A DNA stretch of 64,000 nt from Lytechinus pictus (Eukaryota): positions 5,146,001-5,210,000 of the forward strand of contig NC_087255.1 of assembly GCF_037042905.1 (NCBI RefSeq). Reading direction: 5' to 3'. The position numbers were made by a program, and so were the translations under genes. The notes beneath the pieces were generated by a model that was given only the letters and a program-made list of their open reading frames with translations, was not told where the DNA came from and made no database searches. Positions 53,280 through 64,000 of this stretch are shown here, in pieces (position 1 is the stretch's first letter; each line of letters opens with the position of its first letter).

Positions 53280-54500
53280 TGTACTCCATGTTGTTGCCGT
53301 GCTGATAATCATGATATATTTATCGCTGTATTGATAACGACGACATTAATTGTTGCATCGGTGACGATGACAATGTTTTTATTGATGCCTTATGACGATA
53401 TGTTTATTGTTGCCGTATTGATGCAGTTTCCGTATCAATGATCAGGTATGTTTATTGTTGCCTTATGATGAAGCAATATGTTTATTGTCGCATTTTTGAT
53501 GGTGGGGAGTAGAATGTTAATTAATGTAGTACTGGTGATGACGATATGTTTATTGTTGTCTTTTCGATGAAGGTGATATGTTAAATGTCTTTTTAGTAAT
53601 GAGCTAGATAAGCATATAGAAGTAATTGTAATATTGATAATGACCATATATTTAATATTGTCGTATTGATGAGGAGGATATGTATATTCGTATTGATGAT
53701 GACAGTGTTTATTGTTGTATTGATGATGATGATGATGATATTCATTGTTGAAGTATTGATCATTGTTGATGACAAATAATTGCCGTTTTGAAGAGTGCGA
53801 CGTGTTTATTGGGGCCGCATGAATTGATGGCAACATATTGTTTTATCAATGGGGAAAATATGCCAATGTTAATTATTGTAGTATGGATAATGACGATTTA
53901 TTTATTGCTGCCGTATTGATGATCATATGGTTCTATTTATTGTTGCAGCATTTTTTTAACAAGTCAGTGCACACCCAGTTACCAATAATGCATATAGCAT
54001 TTCCATTTATTTGAAAACAGGTTAAAAGAGCATTGTAGATTAAATGCCTTGCTCACGGCATAGGTGGCGCGGTCGGGGATTGAACCCCGAGATTACCATG
54101 TATAGCCAGGCGCCTTAGACCACTCGGCCACGGCACCTCCTATTGTTGCCGTGTTGCCGTGTTGGTGACGTGTTGATGCGACGTGTTGATGACGATGACG
54201 ACGTGTTGATGACGATGCGATTACTGTTGCCCTAAGGACGACAATATGTTAATTTAATTGATGATTTCGATATTGTTTATTGTTGCCGAATTGTCGGCGA
54301 TATCCTTATTGTTGCCGTATTAATGTTGACGAAATTTCGTTTCCGTATTGATGGTGACGATATGGCTGCCGTATTAACGACGACGGTATGTTTCTTTTTG
54401 CTGTGTTGATGCGGCCAGTGATGAACCATGACGAAGATTAAAGATATGTTAATTGTTGCCATATTGATGACGATATGTTCATTGATGTCCTACTTGTGGC
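53280..54500. repeat. Degenerate minisatellite, unit ~ATGTTTATTGTTGCCGTATTGATGACGAT (~30 bp)
   Basis: TATTGTTGCCGT / ATTGATGACGAT variants recur many times. Interrupted by a SINE. Confidence 0.8.
53950..54140 (-). mobile_element. tRNA-derived SINE
   Basis: Minus strand reads GGAGGTGCCGTGGCCGAGTGGTCTAAGGCG (A box) ... GGGGTTCAATCCCC (B box), then non-tRNA body GCCGTGAGCAAGGCATTTAA and an A-run. Flanked by TATTGTTGC on both sides, which could be a TSD or simply the host repeat unit. Confidence 0.85.
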
Positions 54501-57500
54501 GATATTTTAATAGTTCGACACAAAATATTTTGCAAAATCTCGAATAATGCATTGGCTACACATAAACGAAAACTATTTTATAATTTTAGGAAGTGACCCC
54601 TGACCCTGAACTACAGCAATGCAATCTTTTAAATAAATAAAAACAGGCGAATTCCGTAACAAAGGAAAACAATTTTTTTCAACGAGGCCAACAGAAAAAT
54701 AAGCCTACAAAAAACTTTCATACAAAATCTGCTGTTGCACAAGGCTAGATGTAATAATATCGTGTTCCTCGAAGACAGCAGAGATACATTGGTGTACATG
54801 CAGTGCATACCCGTCGATACTCGCCGCACAGCGCTCCCATCCAATTTACCCTAGACGTGCAACCAATATGATTTGCGATATGAATGATTACGTTTGGCCA
54901 GGTCTCTGGCTGAATAGAAATCGTTAAACAAACACCCAGTTGGTCCCAACTATAGAGAGTTTTGTTACCTCTGCTTGTGTGGCAACTTTAAACTGTAACT
55001 CTCTTCCTGAAGATAAGTTAGTAGCGACCACCAAGCAAGCCGTTGAGTTGGTGCCATGCCTCGCTGACGCGGCTGCCCGCTGCTCCAGCGCGGAACAATT
55101 TGTCAGACTGCCCGCCCTCCCGCCGCGTTCTGTCCATCAACATCGAATGAAACTTGTCATGCCAATATGACGAATATGGCGTTTGTGAAATTCTATCAAG
55201 ACTCTATTTTACCCTACTTCTCTCCACCTCTCTCTGGTGCTCTTTCTTGGCAGCTCGTTTAGAACAGTTCTGGAAAATGTCAACTATGTTGCGATCGGGC
55301 AGGCTTAATTGCAGACGACACCGCGACCCGAAAGGGGAATAGAAAAGCGCGCGTGACGGGGCACTCTGGGCATCTCTTGACTCCATTACATCGCACTCGA
55401 TCACCAACGCGCGTGCTCTGATTGTCTTGGAGGGGGCGGGCAACTTATTTTGACGTGAAATAGTTTTGAAACGATTGCAATAAAATTTTGACAAATTACC
55501 CATTTGGGCTTCAATGAGAACTCATCAGGCAGTCTATAATTCCACTCTAGATCTTCCACTTCACCGATTGTGAAGTTTGGTTGCCAAGTCATTCCTACTG
55601 AGGGTGACGAAATTCGATTTTTTGTTTGCACCATCTCTTTTTTTTTCTGGACTGAGTTGTAAATCAATCATCCAATTATAGGATTCATCTTTTAACTGTG
55701 AGTCTTGATACCTCAATTCGGTCCTTGATTCATTTAACACGGGGCAAAGGCCAAAGGTCTAGAAACTGGCTGAAAATATTGTTTCCATCGTGTGTTCCAA
55801 GGAGGTGTCCCGGTTATTCATGTTTTCTTTACCTTTTTATTATTTCCTGTTTCCCTTTTTCCCTTAACAGGGGCTATGAGAAAAGGATGTGTCTTGCTAA
55901 GAAAAAACATGGCAGCTTCCGCGTAAAAATGAAGAATATATTACAAACCAACAATAAAGAGTAACCAATAGTAAAAATCACTTGAAATTATTAACCTTCA
56001 GATGTAATTAGACGTCCATGGAACTGTTTTGAAAGTATGGAGGGACTGAGCAAAAAGTGTGCGTGTGGGGGTGTTTTGGGGGTCGGAATGCCATGCAAAA
56101 AAATGACACTATATGATCATGGACATTTTGATGCTTTTATAAACGTTTAAAGAAACTAGGGACTGAAGCCCCTAAGACCCTTCCGGCGGCGTAGCTGCCC
56201 CTGGAATAAGAAAATTATGCCTTCGAATAGGTGTAGGTGGGACTCAATCGTCTAATCTTGGACTAGTTACCCATTTATTTATTAAGCGGTGATTCACTAC
56301 GACCTGTCACTACCCAGTTGATGCTTTTCAGAAACAGATTTACAATATGTTTAAGTGAGGTATGATACCCCCATCCCGGGTGGCTCCACGGGGGGAAAGG
56401 GGCAAGGTGGAACCACCCCATCAATTTTGTTCAAGTTGTGAAAAACGAGAATGCACTGGCCCCCTGCCCCCATGGACCCACCAGACAGAGCGGTCCGCTA
56501 AACTATTTGTAAAAGGTAATTATTCTCACTCTGAACAAAAAAAAAAACAACATCCACGTACAGGAAGTTGGGTAGCAATACCTCTGAGCAAGGCGTGTTT
56601 TGTACCTCTTTAGGGGGGCAAGACCTCTGTCCTCAAGTGGGGTATTGTATACAGTAGTTTGACAACACTTGTAGATCCCTGAGCAGTAAATATTTGTATA
56701 TCTGTATATTGTGGCATTTCGTGCGCTTCATGGGAAGGTCAGATTGCAGGATACCAAGTTTTATCTTTACAGACAATATATTCGATAATGTATTATAAAG
56801 CACATAATGAATTACCAAAAACAAATAATGATAATAAATGTTTATAAAAGAAACTGCATGCGAGAGTTATGCAGCGGAACATCACATAATCAGACAGTAA
56901 TCTTAGTAAAAATATTCAAACAGGTTATACATTAGATTAAAAAACGAAACATAATATGGTACCTATAGGTATATCTAAGATACGAAAAAAAAAATGAATA
57001 TGTATGGTAAATATTATCTTTCAAGTCATTCCCTCTGGCCACTTCGGTTTTGTTTTGTTTTTTATCAATTTTTTTAATAACTGACATTGAATATAACTTG
57101 ATTTATTTCATATTGGTAACAAAAAGAGAACATGGATTCAATAGTACAACGTATTTTTCACCTTTTATCATTTGAATACTGCCATCAAGGTCGAAGAAAA
57201 TTCAGACGTTACACAAGTTTTAGATCATCTCAATACATACAATATATAATTATGTTTATGTATATCATAAAGGTCTTTACCTTGTAGGATTATGGCTAAA
57301 TAAAAAAGAACATTTTAGATAATATTAAGGAGATGTTTACTATGTTTAGTTTGCACTTCGATCATAGATTAAACAGCTACTTTTACCTGTTTATTCTTTT
57401 GTAAATAAATGTTGCAAAACACAACTTCTCATATACATAGGTACATAGAGCTACACCATTTACAAATTGTATTTAGACCGTCGGCGATGATGAGCAAAAG

Positions 57501-58039
57501 AGAGAGCCTTTAGGGTTCGAAACCCAGGTCGAGTTTTAATGACGTCCTTCGTGGGTATCCAAGCAATTAGCCAGTCTCAAAGAAAATATCCGCTTACCGA
57601 AACTCAAGTTCAGAATGGATTGTATTTTTTCATCAGCTCATTCTTTCCTGAAAAGGCGAGGACACTGCTGTTACAATTATTGTTACAAATTTGTCTTTTC
57701 CAAACTGACTGGGTGGTTTCCCCCGAAGGCGCCCCTGGATAAACAGACCTGGGTATCGCATCGAAGAAGCCCCCAGAATGTGACCCAATAATTTTGACAT
57801 GTTATGGAATAGTTTAGTTTTGATAACATGGATAAGGACGAATACACTGAAAATATGTGATGACGTTCACCAGATATTGAGACAGATTAAGATTGTGTGT
57901 CTGTGTGTGAGGGTGTGTATATGTGTGTGTCGTAACTGATGTTTTTGTGGGAGGATGGGTGCGTGAGTGGGTGTGAGGCTATCAAATTCCGCTTTCCCTT
58001 ACATGTTTTCGAATTCGATCAGTCAGTTTTTGGTACATC

Positions 58040-58520
58040 GCACGCACACAAGTATACACTAAGCACAACTTTCTCACCCCTCCCCTATCACTATCTTCTC
58101 ACGCACACATTCGTACCATCACGCACCCACACCTCTCCACACACCCTCCCAATCCCCTCCCTCGCTCACACATATATCTACCCTGCACGTACCTTTTACG
58201 CTTTCACCCCTGCCTATCACACTCTCTCTTACATACACCCTCCTTCACACACACACTCTCACATACATTACGAACCCTCTCACACACATACATCCTCTCT
58301 CTCACACACACATACGCTAGCACACCTCTCACATTCCCACCATATCACTATCTCTCTCTCTCACACACAAACACACGCACATCCCCGCGCACATACGAAC
58401 CCTCATACACATCCTCTCACTCACACACATTGCTAATCTTTCTCACACGCACACACTCCCTCATACATGACACCAACACACCCTCTCCCGTTCTAATTAA
58501 CACGCACACATTCACTCTCA
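58040..58520. repeat. Degenerate (CA/CT)n tract
   Basis: Direct reading. It produces the spurious His/Thr-rich ORF. Confidence 0.85.
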
Positions 58521-59253
58521 CTTCTTAGACTATAGGAAATACTCTCTATATTCAAACACACCGTCTCCTAAACAACCCCCCCCCCTTCTCCACGGGTCTC
58601 CTTTCTTTCATCATTTCCTTCATGCTCACATCTAAACCCACACATACCCATCTTCCACTGCCTCCTAAATGCCCCTCTCTATATCCCCCTCCCTCCATTT
58701 TCTTCCTTTCTCTATCTCTGCCCCTCCCCCTCCCCCACCTTCTCTCTCTTTCACACACACTGAAGTTTATGATGAATATAACCTAGTCGAGGACCACCTA
58801 CTTAATAGGACTGCAGGGCAGAAATCAATCCTCCATTCCTCCAGACAATGAACAGTAATTTTGTGACGTTTCACTCTGCAGACATATGACATGATAACAA
58901 TATGATAACAAGTTACCATGGCAACATAAATTGCCCTGGACGGTGCCCCTCACACATACAACAGCTGATCGGGAATAACTTTTTTGTCGCAACTCCACAA
59001 TCAACAAAATGATGATTCTGGAGAATGCTGTGGTTCTGAGACAAAAAAATGTTATTTCAAAAATGTTTGACGGAGGCTTTTAACGAAGTGCTAACATTTG
59101 TTTATTATTTTTATCTATTTATCTAATTTCATTCAACATATTTTATTCCTATATCATGTAAAGAAATCATTGATATTGTCCGATGTTTAAAGAATGGTAC
59201 CAGTGCTGGCTATGACGGTGTTAGTATTACTGTTGTAATATATATACAATCAT

Positions 59254-60327
59254 TTGATTTGTGAACCTCTTTGCTCTGTTTTTAATTCATGTTTGACAGC
59301 AGGTATCTTTCCTGACCAGATGAAAATAGCCAAGGTGATCCCTGTTTTTAAAAATGGTGATTCAACCAATGTACAGAATTTTCGGCCTATTTCTGTTCTT
59401 CCCATTTTTTCCAAAATTTTCGAAAAGTGTTTATATAAGCGATTACATTCTTTCTTAACTTCGTGCAATATTTTGTCTAAATGTCAACATGGTTTTCGAA
59501 TGGGACACTCCACATCGACTGCTCTTCTTAATTTTATTCATTTAGTTTTTCAGGCAATTGATGCTAAGCAATTTACTATTGGTTCATTTCTTGATTTAAG
59601 TAAAGCATTTGATACACTAGATCACACAATTTTGTTACATAAGCTAGAGGCTTATGGTATTCGTGGAATTTTGTTACAATTATTTAAAGATTATTTATCA
59701 AATCGTAAGCAATTTGTTTATATTCAAAATCAACAATCTTCATATTTACCCATTCGATGTGGAGTGCCCCAGGGTTCAATTCTTGGCCCTTTACTTTTTC
59801 TAATTTATATTATTGACATTATAAGTTCATCTGACTTGCTCCAATTTATATTGTTTGCTGATGACACCAGCGTGTTTATGTCTCATTATAATCTCTGTAC
59901 ATTGATTGACTTATTCACTTCTGAATTAAATACATTGAGTGATTGGTTAATTAAGAATAAGTTAATTTTAAACATTGCTAAAACCCAAAATAATTTATTC
60001 ACTAAACGTCACTTTGAAGACAACATTGTAATTCATTTTAATGGTCACCAAATAAAACGCACTTCATGTGTAAAATTTCTAGGTGTTCATATCGATGAAT
60101 CCTTAACGTGGCATGAACATGCTGGTGTCATATGTAATCGTGTTGCCAAGGCTGTGGGTGTTATTTATCATTTGAGACACTTTCCAAGATATATTTTGAT
60201 TATGTTATATTATGCTTTGATTTACTCCCATATAAATTATTGTAATATTGCTTGGTCAAATAATCATAATTATTTTATTACTAAATTATTTTTTTTGCAA
60301 AAAAAAAGCTGTACGAATTTTATCTAA
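59254..60327 (+). pseudogene. LINE ORF2 reverse transcriptase, non-functional
   Basis: Motifs KIAKVIPVFK, NFRPISVLP, QHGFR, FLDLSKAFD, GVPQGSILGPLLFLIY, FADD and KFLGV. No endonuclease domain. Frameshifts near 59250, at the A-run near 60300, and near 60480. Confidence 0.93.
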
Positions 60328-60635
60328 TTCACCATATAATGCCCACTTCTTGCCAATATTTTCTAAGCTGAACCTGTTAAACATATATGACATTAATAAA
60401 TTTAATGTTGCCATATTTATGTTTATGTTGTCTAAAGGCGTTTTACCTACTCTGATAGCATCTAAATTTGTCCCTATTGTAATGTACATAATTATAATAC
60501 ACGCAATGCTGTAGAATACCATCTTCCTAAAGTCAGAACAAATTTTTCAAAGAATATTGTATTTTATAGAGGTCCTCATCTTTGGAGTACTATTCCAAAT
60601 CATCTTAAGAATCAACTTTCTGTTAATAGCTTTAA

Positions 60636-61240
60636 AGGAGAATGAAACTCTTGGAGCAAGTTAGCTTTTGTGAAAGCAGAAAAATCAAAGAATAAGATCA
60701 ACAAAAGTTTGAGTAAAATAGGACTAGCAATAGAAGAGTTATGAGCATTTGAATGTCGAGATCACTAATGCTATGGAGATCCTCCCATTGGCAATGCGAC
60801 CAAGATCGATGATGTCATGATGTCACAGATGAACAACTCTCCCCTTTTGGACACTGAAAATATACCCCAAAACATCTCTTTTTGCTCATTCTAATCATAT
60901 GACAAACGATTCATCAATGATATAATGTTGTGAAACCTCTGTACTTGTGAAACCTCTGTACTCTCTCATAAAGAGAACACCTCACCTTGTGATAGACTCT
61001 GTAAAAGTGAGAATATAAGTGAAATAAGTACTAAAGTAATGAGGGAGTTGTACGTGTGTGACATCACAGATCTTGGTCGCATTGCCAATGAGGGGATCTA
61101 CATGGCATTAGTGATCTCAATATTCAAATGCTCATAACTTTCTTATTATTCATTCAATCTTCCTCAAACTTTCAACAATATGTTTCTTTGATTTTTCTCT
61201 TTGATATGGATTCAGCTGGTTTCAAGGGTTTCATTCTCCT
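60636..61240. mobile_element. Kolobok-like MITE (605 bp), TTAA TSD, inserted in the LINE ORF2
   Basis: TTAA|AGGAGAATGAAAC ... GTTTCATTCTCCT|TTAA. Internal IRs (ATTGGCAATGCGACCAAGATC / GATCTTGGTCGCATTGCCAAT). Removing it restores AAT AGC TTT AAA CGT TCC (NSFKRS). Confidence 0.93.
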
Positions 61241-61638
61241 TTAAACGTTCCTTTCGATTATTTTTATTAAACTTGTACTCAGTAACTTAAAATTATACAT
61301 GTAGGTTTACCACGACTTTTTCTTTTTTGTCCCCCCCCCCCTTCTTACTATGATGTATTTATTTTGGGGTCAACGCTCAACAAGGCAAATTGCTCTTTTT
61401 TGTTGACCCCTCATTCGACATAGTTTTCTTTGTTCTCTTATGTTATTTTTTTATAACCATGTATTTATATGTTCATCATTGTTTTTTACTTATATGTATT
61501 GACTTTATACAGTGTATGTGTTTTTATGAAGAATGAAATAAAATCAAATCAAATTCAACAGAATGGCATTCAAGATCAGAGTTATAAACCTGTTTTTACT
61601 TATATATTTTCAGTTTTTATTTTTTTTAATCTTGAATT

Positions 61639-61895
61639 TTCTCAAGTAAAAAAAGGGTCAGATTTAGGAATACCAAATAATAAACTATCAATATACAATA
61701 CCACCATATACTATCTCTTCGGCAGCAAATAAAAAGAAAAAAAGTCATTACTGAATGGGTTTTTTCTGCATAAGTTTTAAAACCGTAAATCTTCTCAAGT
61801 TAAAAAAGTCAGATTTAAGAATACAATATACCATATACTATCTCTTCGGCAGCAAATATGAAGAAAGAAAATCATTACTGATGGGTTTTTCTACA
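61639..61895. repeat. Diverged direct repeat, 2 copies
   Basis: TTCTCAAGT...GTCAGATTTA...ACCATATACTATCTCTTCGGCAGCAAATA...TCATTACTGA occurs twice. Confidence 0.8.
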
Positions 61896-62102
61896 GGAAA
61901 TGAATGAAAATGAATAAAATCACAAAACCAGTCCCCAAATAATGTAGCACGGTTTTAAACATATATGCTTAAAAGTAGGTCCTTGTTTCTACCCTGCGAA
62001 AAACATTTATTTAAACTGTTACAATTTACAGCATTTTTATGTCTTTTCTTGAGATAAATATATTCTTGAACAAATTAATAAATCCTCGTGCATATTTACC
62101 AT

Positions 62103-64000
62103 CAGTGGCGTAGACAGGTTCGTATACCTGGGGGGGATGACTGGGCTGCCAACGCTAGTGAGGGCGCGAAGCGCCCGAGCGAGGGAGCGAAGCGACCGAG
62201 CGGGGGGAGGGTGTGGGAGGGGTGTGTCCCCCCTCCCACGGTAGGGAGCTTTTGCAATTTTGAACTTGAAATCGTGCAATCTGATGCATACTTAATGAGG
62301 TAAAATAACACACACAAGCGCGCACGCACACACACATACTCACCCCCACACACACACACACACACACGGGTGCGCGCACCACACACATACTACGCCTTGA
62401 ATGGACAGACATACATCGACAAGATCCACACACCGTGGCACAGGGGCGGAAATCTCTCCCAAAAGGTAGGGGGGACACATGGGCGGATCCAGCCTTCGCC
62501 AATAGGGGGGGGGGCGGAAATTTGTTTCAGCCATATTTTCCCCGATCGGCAGCTCGAAGATGATCTGTGTTTGTTTCTTTGAAGGAGTAGTCCTCATTAG
62601 TCACTTCTTAGCTTTATTCTTATAAATTCATATATAATATCATAATCCTTATTTATATGATGCGAGCGCGAAGCGCGAGCTAAATTTTTGGAAATTTTAT
62701 GTATTTTTTGCTAAAATTTAAACATTCTGGGCAATGTTTGTTATCCTGAAAAAAATGTGTATGCAACTTAATAATTACTACAAACGCAAAGCGCGAGCAG
62801 AAATGAACTGATGGAAAAGATACCTGCATGCAGTTAGCATTTAACAGTCAAATAATGCGAGCGCGAAGCGCGAGCTGATTTTTTTTAATACATTTTCACC
62901 TAAAGAATGGAAATTCTAAGCTCTTTTTGGAACTGACTCTCAAGCAGAATATGTATATAAGTAGACAATTGATGCGAACGCGAAGCGCGAGCGGAAAATT
63001 TCGAGATTTAGTCTTATAATATTTACTGAACATGACACTCTATTCATGTTTTGTAAATCATGAAAAGGATGAGTATTAATCATGCGAGCAGAAAATTTTT
63101 ATATACGTTTTGAACTGGTAACTGTTAAGGACTGCTTGCACTTAGCCATGAAGGCGTTACATATTTCAACAATCAAAAAATACGAGCGCGAAGCGCGAGC
63201 TGAAAATTTTTGAAAATTTCTAAAGAAGGAATGGAAAATTTTAATCAATTTTTGTAATCGTGAACAGGATAGCTATACAATTCAACAATTGATGCGAGCG
63301 CGAAGCGCGAGCAGAAAAAAAATCGAGATTTAGACCTAAAAGTGGGCCACTCTGTTCATGTTTTGTAAACAGCCATAGGCTGATCGGGGGCTTTTTACCG
63401 TGTTTAAATAAAATAAATCAATCAAATTCAATGTTTTGTAAATCATGAAAAGGATGAGTAATAGGGGGTCTTCCAACATTAATAATGCGAGCACAAAAAT
63501 TTTGATATTGTGATCTGAAACTGGATAATGATTTAAATAGAGAACAAGTTGAGTATTTGAATAAACATGCGCGCGCGTGTTTCATATTTAGACCTAGAAT
63601 CTCGGCATTCTAAATACATCTTTAATCATGAAAATCATGAAACTTGATATTCCGATCTGAAAAAAAGAATCAATTACAGCTTTATATTTCAAGCACTTTG
63701 TAGGAAAATTGTAAGGTGGATATGGATCGCACTTAAAAAAAGAGCTAAAATTTTCATTATTATTACTTTGAGTTTTGACATAGGACCGGGACATCCTTAC
63801 GACATGTCCTGAAAATGATGACTATCTTCCTATTCCTCTTGCTAAGCGCGAGATGAAACAAAGGGACAATTTAATTATTAAATCAATATCATATTCATTA
63901 ATGCCTAATGAGGGCGCGAAATCTGATGATATTATGGCATAAAAACTGGACATTTCACTTTTGTAATTATGAATAGGATACATCAGTTAATATATTTTTA
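62103..64000. mobile_element. Composite hAT-like non-autonomous element(s), running off the window end
   Basis: Begins CAGTGGCGTAG, like the element at 5716. Further terminus-like motifs at 62441 (CAGGGGCGGAAATC) and 62478 (CATGGGCGGATCC). Periodic GCGAGCGCGAAGCGCGAGC motif. Interior homologous, in inverted orientation, to 5716-7065. Confidence 0.82.

Larger units (their letters stand above)
59139..61552 (+). mobile_element. 5'-truncated CR1/L2-group LINE with RT domain, frameshifted and interrupted by a MITE
   Basis: ORF2 remnant runs from ...LKNGTSAGYDG through the RT domain to ...YRGPHLWSTIP...NSFK|RSFR...*. 3' hairpin at 61366-61410, then AATAAA and an (AATCA)n tail. Candidate TSD ATTCAACA at 59131-59138 and 61553-61560. 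Confidence 0.92.

Noticed and set aside
54060-54140. tRNA gene
   Set aside because: A and B boxes are present, but there is no clean cloverleaf acceptor or anticodon arm and it runs into a SINE body.
38001-58760. Many 60-165-aa low-complexity ORFs (HSFI, HTHT, poly-F/S/I)
   Set aside because: Translations of microsatellites and purine or pyrimidine tracts.
62640-63500. CRISPR-like repeat-spacer pattern (also 6470-6840)
   Set aside because: Eukaryotic context, spacers ~100 bp and related to each other, no cas genes. These are transposon subrepeats.

Overview
AT-rich animal genomic DNA with a 135-nt assembly gap. The repeat types resemble those of marine invertebrate deuterostomes such as sea urchins (inference, not verified). 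The only host coding sequence I can support is one ~970-bp exon (30036-31003, +) of a DMRT-A-family (DMRTA2/Dmrt4/5-like) transcription factor, carrying the DMA domain and a KSAFSPL motif. Its DM-domain exon is not visible in the window, and its stop codon overlaps a consensus splice donor. The rest is intron or intergenic sequence packed with repeats: CR1/L2-type LINE remnants (one 2.4-kb copy with RT, interrupted by a TTAA MITE), a tRNA-derived SINE, hAT-like, Kolobok-like, Harbinger-like and CAC-terminal MITEs, tandem duplications and microsatellites. Between them lie CpG-rich unique islands that may be regulatory. The most striking unexplained signal is three ultra-short (20, 27, 49 bp) inverted-repeat inserts with CAWGGAG...CTCCWTG ends and ~7-bp flanking duplications. 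One has empty-site paralogues inside the window. They look like P-superfamily excision footprints or minimal MITEs.
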